A stretch of DNA of 64,000 nt from Alphaproteobacteria bacterium (GCA_964291215.2 OZ219790.1:2272001-2336000), one strand, 5' to 3'. Shown: positions 31,034 through 42,878, counted from the stretch's first letter. Notes: generated by a model from the sequence alone, not told the origin. Program-made: numbers and translations.

Positions 31034-32348
31034 GGTTTGTCACCAAATAATCGAATCCATGTTGTTTGCGTCGGCGTTTTTGTCTGTCTGATGGTTTTGG
31101 TTGAGCGCTTGCCGACGGGTCAGTCTGCTGGCTTCGGTTGGTTGGTGTTGGGGTCTTTCGAAGATGATTTGTCGGTCAGTTTGGTTGCCGGCTGATTCTC
31201 CGGCGCTGGTTGGGGCGTTTATATTCGGTGCATGGAACAGGCAAAGAGCATAAGGCACCGGTTTGCAGTCCTTTCTCCTCATCTTGACGAGAAGGGTCGC
31301 CGGTTGCTCGCGGCGGTTGAGGCGCAATGTCTTGGGCGCGGCGGAATAACGCAGGTCTCGGATCTCACGGAGTTGCGCGGTCGACGATTGGACGGGGTCT
31401 GAAGGAGATTGACGGAACAACATCACCGCCGGCACCGGACTTGGTCCGGCGCGCGGGCGCAAGCCGGCGACGGAGCGTCAGCCAGGTTTGCTGACGGCGC
31501 TGGTTGCGCCGGCGACGCGGGGCGACCCGGAACGGTCTCGGGTTTCGAAGAGCGCCCGGCATCTTGCGAAGTGTCTTGAGAGGCAGGGTTGTTCGGCGTC
31601 GCTTGTCGAGCGGCTTCGGGCAAGCTTGGCTATACGCCAACGCGAAGACCCGCGAAGGCGGCGCGCACCCTGCCCGGGACGGGCAGTTCGGCCATATAAA
31701 CGGGCAGGTTGCGGAGTTTCTTGCGGCCGGGGAACCGGTCATCGACACCAGGAAGAAGGAGCTGATCGGCGATTTCAAGAACGCCGGCCGCCAGTGGCGG
31801 CCGAAGGGCCGGCCCGAGGAGGTGAAGGTTCATGACTTCGCGGACAAGGAGTTCGGCAAGGCGGCCCCCTACGGGGATGTGGCCCACAACATCGGCTGGT
31901 CGGCCATGACACGGCGGCGTTTGCGGTGGAAAGCACCCGGTGCCGGTGGCGGCGCCTCGGGCGCTGCCCCGGGGCGGCTGCTGATCACCGCCGACTGCAG
32001 CGGCTCGAACGGGGTCCGGCTGTGGAAGGTCGAACTGCAGAAGCTCGCCAGGGAACTCGGCCTCGAGATCATGGTCTGCCGCCCGGCACCAGCAAATGGA
32101 ACCGCACATCGCCTGTTCTCGTTCATCAGCCAGAACTGGCGCGGCAAGCCGCTGCGCAGCCTCGCCGCCATCGTCAGCCTGATCAGCGCAACCACCACCG
32201 AAGCCGGCCTCAAGGTCTATTATCCGAAGGGAATCAAGGATGCCGAGATAAAGGCTCTCGACATCAGGTGCGCAAAATTCCAGGGCGAGTGGAACTATTC
32301 ACTCTTGCCAACACCCGATACAGACGCCGTTGTTTCGTGACGGAACCT
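31033..32348 (+). mobile_element. ISAzo13-family element, transposase multiply frameshifted
   Basis: SPHLDEKGRRL, DTRKKELIGDFKNAG, HDFAD, LLITADCSGSNG, HRLFSFISQNWRGKPL, GEWNY; imperfect TIRs (GGTTTGTCACCAAATAA / TTGTTTCGTGACGGAACC). Confidence 0.88.
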
Positions 32349-34865
32349 TAGGGCGGCAGCACCGGGTGAGAGTCTCGTATGGCACAGTTGCAGGCTCAGT
32401 ACCATTTGTTCATCTCACAGTGCCGGGGTGTGATTTGGGCTGATGTTGTCGTTGGCTGGTGCGTCGTCTGCACCGATCATGGCCGTCCACGCGCTCTCGA
32501 AGCGGCCGGATTCGAGCAGGGCGCGGAAGGTGATTGTCCGCCGACGATGCGCCAGCGCATGCCGGAGCGTTTCATGCGCTGTGTGACGAGGCTCTTGTTT
32601 GCCGCCTCGACAATTCCCGAGCCGATTGCTTCAGCGCGTGGTAGCGCATGCGGTGGCAATGCTTGCGAAAGAAGGACAGTTCCCTGTCGGCCCGTTGGCG
32701 CCGCGGTGTCGCGAAGGTGGCGCAGCGCCCGGATCACCCTGTCGATGCCGCGGGGGTCGTGACGCAGGATCTCGCGGTACTTCTCGAACCAGTGGGGTGC
32801 CGCTGCATGGTCGGCCGCCACGCGCGGATGCTCGCAGGCATGCCAGAAGTCGATCATCTCGGTTTCGGGCTCGAGACCCCCGAGGAAGGTCCAGTTGTCG
32901 GCGGCGGTGCTGATCTCGGGACGCCTCCGCCTGATATGCGCGACTTCGCTTGCAAGCTGCGCCTTCAGCGTGCACTTTCGGCCCTCGGGTATGCGGCCGA
33001 GACAGACGGTCTTCAGGCGCTCACCGTCGGCGTCGTGGAAGGAGACCGTGCCACAGGCAGCCTCGCGCCAGCAGGCCTCGGAACGGCCGTCCTCGCCGGC
33101 CCGCCACCATGACACCGTCCAGCGAGGCGGTGACCGCGTCCTGCGGGATGTCATCCGCTTCCCGGATGTCGGGGCCGAGACTTTCCCGGCGCTCCTGCAT
33201 GGTCAGGCGCTGCAAGGTGCTCACAGACGGCGTCATGGCGCCGAGCTTGCCGAAGAACGCCTCCGCTGCCGCCCATCATCATCAGCCCAAGCCGCCGGCC
33301 GTGTCAGGTAGTCGTCGACGAGGCTTTCGTCCACCAGCATCAGCGACCGGCAGCGCGCGCCGGTGCGGTAGCGCGCACGCCGAAAGGTCACCGGGCGAGG
33401 TCATCATCGTCTTCGGCGCCACAGTTGCGGTAGGGATGCGCATTGCTGCGCACCCCCCGCACAGATCCAGACTTGGACGTTAATCCATCCGGCCTCGGGT
33501 GCTTGACGGTAAACCGCTGGTCCGGCCATGGGTGGCGGATGGGCGGCCAAAGAAGCTCGGTCATGCGCTCCAGTCGCTTCCAGTCAAAACGGTGGCGCCG
33601 GGAGCGGCGGCGGATCGCTCGCATCCACAGGCGTTGCAGCCTGTGGCGGAACGTGTGCAGCCATCGGCCTGGGACGGCGAAGTAGTTGAACCAGCCCTGA
33701 CAGACCCGCCGACCTCCCATATGTCGTGATGCCGTCGATTGCGAAGCACCTCCTCGATGCGGCGACCCGTTTTGCGACCGAGCCTGAAGCGTCCTCTCCG
33801 GGTCTCCGTGCAGAAGTGCGTGAAGCCCAGGAAGTCGAACCCGCCCCCCGCCCAAACTCGACGATTGTCCGGGTGAAGGGTGAGACCAAAGCGGCCTCTC
33901 CCGAACGTCGCGAAGGTATGTCTCCGCATCCCGCTGGAACCCGACCACAATATCGTCCCGGACAATGATCGCTTGACCGTTCGGAACCTTCGGACGCCTT
34001 GTGAAACCACAGATCGAGCACATGAAAACACGTTCGCAGCGGCTGGCACCCTGAGGCGTGCCCGCACCGGTGTCGCTCCATGACGCCAGCGTTCAGCCAC
34101 TTGCGGATCAGCACCCGCCTGTCGCGATGCTCCAGGAACTTGATCAACCAATCCCCGTGTCGAAGTACGCCTGAATGTCCGCGTCGGCTATCCAGTTGAC
34201 CTTGCGCCGCTCGACGCCAGGGCGTCGAGAGCGTCCCTCGGTCGAAACCCGTAGCCAAGGAACTCCACCTCATGAATCGGTGTCAGGATCACATCCACAA
34301 CCGCCTTCTGAACGATCTTGTCCTCCAGTGCAGCAAGCGGTCGTGTCCCGGTATCTCAACCCGCCGGCAGCGCCCGGTACGCTCCCCCACGATGCAGGCG
34401 CGAGTGCAGATCGAGCAAGCGCTCGTCCAGACCCTCGCCGTCGACACCTGCCGAGGCTTCCTTCTTCAGACCGGCCGCCCGAAGCGCATCCGGCGTGAGA
34501 GTGCACGCTCCTTCGGGTTCCTCTCTGCAGCTCCGGTCCGCCGCCTGTGGCGCCCGACACTGCGTTCGGTGCGTGCTTTGGCGTCCCGGATTCTCCTTGG
34601 TCGAGGCCCTTTCCTCCAGCGGCTCCGCAGAAGCTCCCTTGTTCGCCGCCTTCACAGGGCCCCTTCTTCGAACCGTTCCTCACAGGCTTTCTCCTTTCCC
34701 TGCACGGTCCCGACAGGCGGGATAGTTCGAAGACCTCCCGGGGTTCCAGGCGTGCGGACGGGTTCTCTGACACCGCGGGGTTCATCTCACCATAGCGATG
34801 CCTGCGATGTTGCCTTCGACCGAGCCTCGGCACCCCGAACCATGAGCTTTTCGGTGCTCATTAGC

Positions 34866-36634
34866 CCAAAGTTCCAGAAAATTCCGGTTGAAATGCACGT
34901 CAAGTCATTGATGCTGCATGGTTTATCGGATTTTTCGTGCGTCATATTGTACCCATGTAATATTATGTTGGATGCTTGACATCCATGGATCTACCGCCTA
35001 TAGTCATGTATATCGAATCCATCCCCAACCGCTCGTCCCCGCCCGCCACCCTGCTCCGCGAGTCCTGCCGCGAAGCCGGAACGGTCAAGAAGCGCACCCT
35101 CGCCAACCTTTCCAAGCCCGCTCTCATCGAGGGATTGCGCATTCTGCTCAAGGGAGGAACCGCAGGTCTCGACGACGCCTCGTCCGCTCTCTTCCCCATG
35201 TCGCCACGGTGCTGGGAACCCTGAAGAAACTGGACCGGCGGATCGACCCGAAGCCTTCTCCCGAGCGCGATCAGGTTCTCGCCATGATCGTGGCACGCAT
35301 CCTTGAGCCCGCCTCGAAGCTGGCCAGGGGGCTGGCGACAGCGGTCAGCACCTTGATGCGGAGTTGGACGAGAATGCCCTCTACGGCTCCTGGAACGTCA
35401 GGAGAAGATCCCCTGGCGGCACCTCGAAGAGGGCTGCCTGGTGCTCCTGACTTCCGTGTGGATGGAGGGGAGAGCATGCCCCTTGGCTCAACGGGGTCAT
35501 TCCCGGGATGGCAAGAAGGGCAAGCTGCAGTCGGCCTTCTGTGCGACCGGGACGGGTGTCGGTGCGGGTGTTCCCCGACAACACCCGGCCACGGTGTCCT
35601 CACAGATCGCCACGCTGCGGGAGCGGTTCTCCTTTGCAAAGGTGGTGGGGGACCGAGGCCCGCGAGGAGGTCAAGCCTGCGGGCCAGCGCCTTGAGGGGC
35701 ATCCGTTCCCTGGTGGAGGCCGGCGACGATGTCGCTCTTCGACGAGAGAGACCTGGTGGAGATCACCAGCAATGCGTATCCCGGCGAACGCCTCTGCCGC
35801 AACCCCCTGCTGGATCGGGCTCGCAAGCGCCAGGAACTGCTCGAGGCCACCGAGGCTCGCACCGATTGCCGCAGCGACGCGACAAGCGCCGGGAAGATCG
35901 GGGAGCGGAAGGTCATCGGCAGGATGGCGAAGCACTTCACGTGGTCCATCGACGATGACGGTGTCTTCACCTATGGGCGCGATGAGGCTGCGATCGCTGC
36001 CGAGGCCAGGCTCCTCTACGTGGTCCGCCTGCCGCAGAGCGAGCTCGACGGTCCCGCGCGCCTACAAGCGGCTGAGCTCCGTGGAACGGGCCTTCCGCAG
36101 CCTCAAGGACCTGAAGGTCCGTCCCGTCTACCCGAACCCCGAGTCCGCGTCTTCCTGTGCATGCTCGCCTACTACGTCGAATGGCACATGCGACTGAAGC
36201 CCATGCTGTTCGACGACGAGGATGCCGAAGGCGGCCGTCCGTCGTGGCGCCGGCAGAAGTCTCGGCGAGCGCCCGGGCCAAGGCGACAACGAAGAGGACG
36301 CCCGGAGGGGGCACAGCTTCCGCACCCTCATCGGCGATCTTGCGACCCGCAACACCGTGGCGCTCCGCCTTGCGGGCGCCGAACCCTTCCAGGTCACCAC
36401 ACGGCCCACGCCGCTCCAGAGAAGGGCATTCAAGCTCCTGGGCGTGAAGCCATAGTGTACCGAGACCGCTGAAATGTATCGAATGTCATTTCTATCAGAT
36501 ACTTAGGCCTGATCGGCTCTGGAACTTCGGCCTAGTGTACCCTGGGCGTGAAGCCCTGGTGTACCCAGACCGCTGAAATTTATTGAATGTGATTTCTATC
36601 AGGCACTTACGTCTGATCTGCTCTGGAACTTCGG
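34866..36634 (+). mobile_element. IS1634-family element, frameshifted, 6-bp TSD ATTAGC, duplicated right end
   Basis: TIRs CCAAAGTTCCAG / CTGGAACTTCGG; MYIESIPNRSSPPATLLRES..KRTLANLS, GHSRDGK, YKRLSSVERAFRSLK, VFLCMLAYYVEWHMR. Confidence 0.88.
34976..35004 (+). promoter_or_regulatory. Sigma70-type promoter of the IS1634 transposase
   Basis: TTGACA-17 bp-TATAGT. Confidence 0.55.
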
Positions 36635-37312
36635 ATTAGCCCTGCCCCCGCTACCGACGCTTCGCCTGCCCCCTCGCGGGAACCGACGCTCGCGGAGAAA
36701 CGCGGGTTGGTTACTCCTTCGTTTCAGGGGACTTTCACCCCCTACCTTCTGCCAGTTCGCCTGGCACACCGAAACCATCTCTGCCCGTCCCACTCGATCC
36801 GGGGCGCACCGTCGTCCCGGGCCTCGGCACCTAGGATCTCGCAGCGCGTACACGCTCTCACGCACCCGTCGCTCCGTTTCCTCAAAGGCCTCGGCAGAGC
36901 GCTGCGAACCGAGTTGCCGATGACAAACCGCGGTTATCTGCGTGACCGCCTCGACAACCCGAGGCGGCAAGCCAGAAATATCGATCGACGCGGAAGGCTG
37001 CGAAACTGACATGCGAGCGCTCCTGATGCTGTGGATTGTCTCCAATATCATATCGCATCTTGCGGTGCAGAACGTTCCCACCTCCACCGCTCGGCCCGTG
37101 ACAAAATCCTGTCCTGAAACGGGCGATTGTCACGAAAACCCGTTTTCGCCGCTGCTTCGCGACCACACAACCCTGTTAAATCAATGATTTGCATTCGCCA
37201 TGCGAGAACTGTACCCGCAGCACCCCTTCCCGACGGCCGCCATGGTTTGCGGCCCGCCAGGCAATTCCCTATGGTTGACCAGATCAAGCATGTCATCACA
37301 GGGAGAAAAACC

Positions 37313-38320
37313 ATGCGGACAAGGCAAGCAACCTTGACCAAATGCGGCATCGTGGCAACGGCCGTGGCGGCGATCGGACTGTCGACGGGCGCGTACGCCG
37401 CCTGCGGTAAGGTCACCATTGCGAACATGACTTGGGCGTCGGCGTCAGTGGCGGCGCATGTCGAGAATACCATCCTCTCGAAGGGGTATGGCTGCGAATC
37501 CGAGCTCGTTCCCGGCGATACGGTGCCGACCGTGACCTCGATGTCAGAGAAGGGTGAACCGGACATCGCCCCTGAAGTGTGGATCAACTCGGCCCGCGAG
37601 GTCGTCGAGAAGGCGGTTGCCGAGGGACGCCTCAAGGTCGCCGGCGAGATTCTGAGCGACGGCGGCGAGGAAGGCTGGTTCGTTCCCAAATACCTGGTCG
37701 ACGCCAACCCCGGGCTCACGACACTGCAGGCGGTCCTCGAGCGGTCGGACCTGTTCCCGGACAAGGAAGAACCGGGCAAGGGCCGTTTCTACACCTGCCC
37801 CCCCGGTTGGGCGTGCGAGATCATCAACAAGAACCTGTACAAGGCCTACGGTCTCGACAAGGCCGGGTTCACGCTGTTCAATCCGGGTTCCGGCGAGGGC
37901 CTCGCAGCCGCCATCGACCGCGCGAACACGCGCAAGCTCCCGATCTTCACCTACTACTGGGCGCCGACCGCGCTGATGGGCCGACACCCCATGGTCAAGC
38001 TCGGCGGCATGAATCATGATCCCAAGACTTGGAGCTGCGTGACCAGTAAGGACTGCGCCGATCCGAAGCCCAACATGTATCCGAAATCCGTCGTGCTCAC
38101 GGTGGTGACATCGAGCTTCGCCAAGAAGGCGCCGGAGGCGTTCAAGTTCGTCTCCTCGGTGTCCTGGCCGAACCAGGTCGTGAACAAGGTTCTCGCGTGG
38201 AAGGACAAGAATCAGGCCAACAACGAGGAAACCGCGAACTACTTCCTCAAGAGCCACGAGTCCGTATGGACGAAATGGGTGCCCGCGGATGTCGCAGCCA
38301 AGGTCAAGGCGGGCCTCTGA
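37313..38320 (+). CDS. Glycine betaine/proline-type ABC transporter substrate-binding protein
   Basis: Signal peptide; CGKVTIANMTWAS, PDIAPEVW, CPPGWAC, YYWAPT. Confidence 0.9.
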   Translation: MRTRQATLTKCGIVATAVAAIGLSTGAYAACGKVTIANMTWASASVAAHVENTILSKGYGCESELVPGDTVPTVTSMSEKGEPDIAPEVWINSAREVVEKAVAEGRLKVAGEILSDGGEEGWFVPKYLVDANPGLTTLQAVLERSDLFPDKEEPGKGRFYTCPPGWACEIINKNLYKAYGLDKAGFTLFNPGSGEGLAAAIDRANTRKLPIFTYYWAPTALMGRHPMVKLGGMNHDPKTWSCVTSKDCADPKPNMYPKSVVLTVVTSSFAKKAPEAFKFVSSVSWPNQVVNKVLAWKDKNQANNEETANYFLKSHESVWTKWVPADVAAKVKAGL

Positions 38321-38359
38321 TCCTGACCGGAGGCCGCGCCGCAACCCGCGCTCCCGATC

Positions 38360-39247
38360 ATGGCCGACTGGCTGCAGCAGTTTCCGACGCTCGATGCCGC
38401 CGTCCTGCGTGCGCTTGAGAAGTCGATCGACGCCGGCTACCGGACCTTTTCGAGGAACTATGGCGACGCAATCGAGGGGTTTTTCGATCCGCTGCTCTAT
38501 TTCCTGATCTGGTTCGAACGCCTGCTGCTCCACTCGCCGTGGTGGCTGGTGATCGGTGTGATCCTCGGGCTCTGCCTGGCCGCCAGCCGCAAGATCTTCC
38601 TGACGATCGGGGTGGCGGCGGCCTTCCTCCTGATCGGCTTCCTCGGCATGTGGGACGACACGATGCGCACGCTCGCGATCATCTTCGTGTCCTCCCTCAT
38701 CGCCATAGCAATCGGCATTCCGCTCGGAATTCTGATGTCGCGCACGCATGGCGCGCAGGCGGTCATGACGCCAATCCTCGACGTCATGCAGACGATGCCG
38801 ATCTTCGTCTACCTGATCCCGGTGGTAATGCTGTTCGGCCTCGGCAAGGTGCCGGGGCTGATCGCCGTCGTCATCTATGCGGTGCCGCCGGTCATCCGCC
38901 TGACCAATCTCGGAATCCGGCTGGTTGACGCCGAGGTACTCGAGGCGGCGGACGCGTTCGGCGTCGATCCGTGGCGACGTCTGGTCGGCGTGCAACTGCC
39001 GCTGGCGCTGCCGAACATCATGGCAGGTATAAACCAGACCATAATGATGGCGCTGTCGATGGTGGTGATCGCATCGATGATCGGCGTCAAGGGCCTGGGC
39101 CAGCCGGTGCTCCAGGCGGTGACCAACCAGTACTTTGCGCTCGGTTTGTTCAACGGTACGGCGGTGGTAGCGCTGGCGATCGTCTTCGACCGGGTAACCC
39201 AGAGCTACGGCCGGCGCATCCAGGAAAACCGGCAGGCGCGCTCATGA
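38360..39247 (+). CDS. ProW-like ABC permease
   Basis: PILDVMQTMPIFVYLIP; EAADAFG; GINQTIMMALSMVVIASMIG. Confidence 0.92.
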   Translation: MADWLQQFPTLDAAVLRALEKSIDAGYRTFSRNYGDAIEGFFDPLLYFLIWFERLLLHSPWWLVIGVILGLCLAASRKIFLTIGVAAAFLLIGFLGMWDDTMRTLAIIFVSSLIAIAIGIPLGILMSRTHGAQAVMTPILDVMQTMPIFVYLIPVVMLFGLGKVPGLIAVVIYAVPPVIRLTNLGIRLVDAEVLEAADAFGVDPWRRLVGVQLPLALPNIMAGINQTIMMALSMVVIASMIGVKGLGQPVLQAVTNQYFALGLFNGTAVVALAIVFDRVTQSYGRRIQENRQARS

Positions 39248-40350
39248 CCGACGCCCCGGCAATCAGGATCCGCGATCTCAGCAAGGTCTTCGGCGACAAC
39301 GCCCAGGAGATGATGCCTCTGGTGCACGACGGCATCTCGAAACAGGAACTTCTCGAAGCGCATGGCCATGTGCTCGGCCTGCGCGATATCAAACTCGACA
39401 TCGCGCCACGCAGCATCCAGGTCGTCATGGGACTTAGCGGATCCGGCAAGTCGACCCTGGTCCGGCACGTCAACCGGCTGATTGACCCCACCGAGGGCGA
39501 GGTCAGGGTCGACGACGAGAACGTGCTCGATCTCGACCGCGTGGCGCTCAGGCAGTTCCGCCGTCACCGCATCAGCATGGTGTTCCAGCGTTTCGCGCTG
39601 TTCCCCCACCGCACGGTCATGGAGAACGTGGAATATGGCCTGTCAATCCAGCGGCTGGCGCGCAAGGAGCGGCGCGACCGTACCGCCCGGTGGGTCGACC
39701 GCGTCGGGCTCGGCGGCTACGAGGACTCCTATCCGCACCACCTCTCGGGCGGCATGCAGCAGCGGGTTGGTCTCGCGCGCGCGCTCGCGACAGACGCCGA
39801 GATCCTGCTCATGGACGAAGCCTTCAGCGCCCTCGACCCCCTGATTCGCGCCGACATGCGGACGTTGCTGCTCGAACTGCAGGCCGAGCTCCACAAGACG
39901 ATCGTGTTCGTCACCCACGATCTCGAGGAGGCGATCGAGATTGGCGACCGCATCGCGATCCTGCGCGACGGCGAGGTCATCCAGAACGATAATGCGCAGG
40001 ACGTCATCCTCAATCCGGCCGACGACTACATTTCCGACTTCACCCGCAACATCCACCGCGGACGCGTGCTCGTCGTCGGCTCGATCATGCAGCCGCTGCG
40101 GCCGGGACTCGAGCCGCCGCCCGAATGCCCGGCCGAGTTGACGCTCGAAGAGGCCCTGCCCGTGGTAACGACCGCGCCCGGCGAAGAATGCTGCGTGGTC
40201 GATCGCGACGGCAAGCCGGTCGGAATGGTCTCGACCATCGGGTTGATGCTGGCGCTGGCCGGACAGCAGGAGGACGCGGCAACGGGTGGCAACGGTCATG
40301 ATGCTGCAGCCAACGGCGCCACAGGGGCCAACGGCAGCCCTCGGACGTGA
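39244..40350 (+). CDS. ProV-like ABC ATPase
   Basis: GLSGSGKST; LSGGMQQRVGLARAL; LLMDEAFSALDPLIR. Confidence 0.92.
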   Translation: MTDAPAIRIRDLSKVFGDNAQEMMPLVHDGISKQELLEAHGHVLGLRDIKLDIAPRSIQVVMGLSGSGKSTLVRHVNRLIDPTEGEVRVDDENVLDLDRVALRQFRRHRISMVFQRFALFPHRTVMENVEYGLSIQRLARKERRDRTARWVDRVGLGGYEDSYPHHLSGGMQQRVGLARALATDAEILLMDEAFSALDPLIRADMRTLLLELQAELHKTIVFVTHDLEEAIEIGDRIAILRDGEVIQNDNAQDVILNPADDYISDFTRNIHRGRVLVVGSIMQPLRPGLEPPPECPAELTLEEALPVVTTAPGEECCVVDRDGKPVGMVSTIGLMLALAGQQEDAATGGNGHDAAANGATGANGSPRT

Positions 40351-40380
40351 CATGTCCGAAATGCCGGCCCGAGCGGCACC

Positions 40381-41616
40381 ATGGATAACACAGCTTCCCG
40401 CGCCAGCCCGATAGACGGCCGCTACGCCTGGTTCCGGCTCGGCCTGTCGACGCTGCTCGGGACCATCGGCAGCGCCGGTTTCTGGGCCGTCGTGGTCGTG
40501 CTGCCGGCGGTGCAGGAGGAATTCGCCACCGACCGCGCCGGCGCGACCGTTTCCTACACGCTGACCATGGTCGGCTTCGCGCTGGGCAATGTACTGCTCG
40601 GGCGCGTCGTCGACCGGTTCGGGATCGTCCTGCCCCTGGTCGCCACGTCCCTCGCCCTCGCCATCGGGTTTGCCGGTGCCGCGATGGCCACAGCATTCTG
40701 GCAGTTCGCACTGATCCAGGGCATCCTGATCGGGATCGGCTCGGCCGGCACCTTCGGCCCGCTGCTCGCGGACGTGTCGCACTGGTTTCGCCGGCGCCGC
40801 GGAATCGCGGTCGCGCTGACCGCCTGTGGCAACTATTTTGGCGGCGCGCTGTGGCCCCTCGTCATTCGTGTCTTTCTCGAGATCGATGGCTGGCGGGCCT
40901 CCTATCTGGCGATCAGCGCCGTCTGCCTGCTCGTGATGGTGCCGCTGTCGCTGTGCCTGCGCCGCAAGCCGCCCGTCGCCGAAGCCGGCGGCGGAAGGAC
41001 ACCGAATGCAGGTCCCCTGCCGATCGCACTGTCCCAGCGCAACCTCATGGTTCTTCTTGCAGTAGCCGGAATCGGATGCTGCATCGCGATGTCGATGCCG
41101 CAGGTGCATATCGTCGCCTACTGCAGCGACCTCGGATACGGGATCGCGCGCGGCGCCGAGATGCTGTCCCTCATGCTGGCCGGCGGCGCCGTCAGCCGCA
41201 TCGCCTTCGGGTTCCTTGCCGACCGGATCGGAGGGGTGTGCACGCTCCTCTGCGGCTCCGTCCTGCAGTGCATCGCCCTGTTCTTCTTCCTGCCGTTCGA
41301 CGGGCTCGTGGCGCTCTATGCGGTGTCGCTGGCATTCGGGCTCGCCCAGGGCGGCATAGTTCCGTGCTACGCGATCATCGTCCGCGAATACATGCCCTGG
41401 CAGGTCGCCGGCCGGCGCGTCGGATTGCTGATCATGTCGACGATTGTCGGCATGGCGCTCGGCGGCTGGATGTCGGGCCGGATCTTCGACCTGACCGGTT
41501 CCTATCAAGCCGCGATCCTCAACGGAATCGCGTGGAATCTCGTCAATGTCGGCGTCATGATCCTGATCCTCACGCGAACGCGCGGCATCCACCGCGCCTC
41601 ACCCGCTATCGGCTGA
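40381..41616 (+). CDS. MFS transporter
   Basis: About 12 TM segments; GRVVDRFG; WFRRRRGIA; GFLADRIGG. Confidence 0.92.
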   Translation: MDNTASRASPIDGRYAWFRLGLSTLLGTIGSAGFWAVVVVLPAVQEEFATDRAGATVSYTLTMVGFALGNVLLGRVVDRFGIVLPLVATSLALAIGFAGAAMATAFWQFALIQGILIGIGSAGTFGPLLADVSHWFRRRRGIAVALTACGNYFGGALWPLVIRVFLEIDGWRASYLAISAVCLLVMVPLSLCLRRKPPVAEAGGGRTPNAGPLPIALSQRNLMVLLAVAGIGCCIAMSMPQVHIVAYCSDLGYGIARGAEMLSLMLAGGAVSRIAFGFLADRIGGVCTLLCGSVLQCIALFFFLPFDGLVALYAVSLAFGLAQGGIVPCYAIIVREYMPWQVAGRRVGLLIMSTIVGMALGGWMSGRIFDLTGSYQAAILNGIAWNLVNVGVMILILTRTRGIHRASPAIG

Positions 41617-41850
41617 CCGGATCCGCCTGCCCGCTCCGTCCACGCACGCGTTTCCGATGCCGGGACGAAGACGCCGGGGTTGTCGGCGTATCCCGCGGTC
41701 CGGGAGAGTTCCGGAAACCGCGGAATCGGCCCAATGCACGGGCGCACGGGACGGCCGCGGCGGCGTGCCCGCGGCGGCTTGACATCCGCATGCGACATGT
41801 ACATTTTCCGGGCGTCGTCATCGATCGGAATCGTGCGGTGGCCGGGACAT

Positions 41851-41926
41851 GGGGCCGTAGCTCAGTCGGGAGAGCGCAGCGTTCGCAATGCTGAGGTCAG
41901 GGGTTCGACTCCCCTCGGCTCCACCA
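41851..41926 (+). tRNA. tRNA-Ala(CGC)
   Basis: GGGGCCGTAGCTCAG...CAGCG-TTCGCAA-TGCTG...GGTTCGACTCC...CGGCTCCACCA; 76 nt; G3:U70 pair. Confidence 0.97.
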
Positions 41927-42306
41927 TCCCTCTTCCGGACGTTCCCAAGACATCCACAACACCTGATAGTCGACGGCTTTCTCCGCAAGAGCTTCTTGAA
42001 TGCTCCTGCGCACGCGGTCCGTTCGAGTATCCCTGCCGCGGAAAATAGTTGCCGGCAGGCGCCGGTCTCGACCGCAGGAACCCTGGCCGGATCCTGCGGC
42101 TCCAAGTCAGCATGGAAACCTCGTCGTCGGCGAAAAACCCGACAAGGCGTCGGTCATCGGTGAGGAACCGGGACCGGCTCCACGACCGGATGACCGTGCC
42201 CGGTCGATGGCGCAGCGTTCGCCCGGCTCGACGCGCTATAGCAACCAGAGCAAATCGGCCCTGACCTCGAGGGCATCATCCGGAACCGTCGAAAACGAAA
42301 ATTTGT

Positions 42307-42339
42307 TGTGGATAAACATGTGGATGATTCTGTGTCTGA
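42307..42339 (-). promoter_or_regulatory. Tandem DnaA-box-like sites at a 12-bp period
   Basis: TGTGGATAA (perfect), TGTGGATGA and TGTGTCTGA with 3-nt spacers. Confidence 0.45.
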
Positions 42340-42878
42340 CGACCACCGACGGGTTGTCTGTTGCGGCAGTGGCATCAAGGTTCATGTGAACCTTCCCGAA
42401 ACGCGGCAGTGTTCCACTCGCCGCGAAACGACTTTCTGCGGAAGATCGAGGCTCTTCATCTGATCGGCGCGGCCTTGGCCCCAAGCAGGCAGCGCGACAA
42501 ACCAAGCACCGCAACCCGCCGCAACGATTCGGGAGTGCTCTGTCCGGACTCGAATCCGGCACGACAACACCACCACATCGCGCAACGCGCGCGGGACATT
42601 CCGTGGCATCGCCAGCACCTGACAATCGACTGCCCGGACAGGCCGCTCCCGTCCGGAGAACGCGATGCGCCCGGTTTCGGCCCTTCCGCGTTTGCATCGC
42701 CGCGCCGGCTCCTGTAGGGTGCCTTGACATAAGAAAAGCGTTAGCCGCTGCCCGACGGCCTCCACAGGCTCCGACATGGCGAAGCGGCTGCGGTGCGGGA
42801 GGAATGCGTAGGCAGGTTCAGGCCAGCGCCGCAAGGGTGCAACGGTACCTTGTCGGGCAAATTAACGGGGAAAACGGG

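Larger units (their letters stand above)
33424..36769 (-). mobile_element. Group II intron (class E-like) with degenerate RT, interrupted by IS1634
   Basis: 5' GTGTGCCAGGCGAACTGG at 36769; domains V/VI ending CCCTACCGCAAC at 33424; RT fragments LIRKWLNAGV, GTPQG, FDFLGFTH, NYFAVP, HPWP; joined exons match IS copy 2. Confidence 0.9.
32364..37216 (-). mobile_element. ISKra4/ISLre2-like (UPF0236) IS copy 1, interrupted by a group II intron; 8-bp TSD GCAGCACC
   Basis: TIRs GGGTGAGAGTCTCGTATGGC / GCCATGCGAGAACTGTACCC; TSD at 32356-32363 and 37217-37224; LDGVMV, IDFWHACEH, IGSGIVEAANK..QRMKRSGMRW. Confidence 0.88.

Noticed and set aside
41915-42185. att duplication of the tRNA-Ala 3' end
   Set aside because: Only a 9-bp match (CGGCTCCAC near 42175), expected by chance; no integrase nearby
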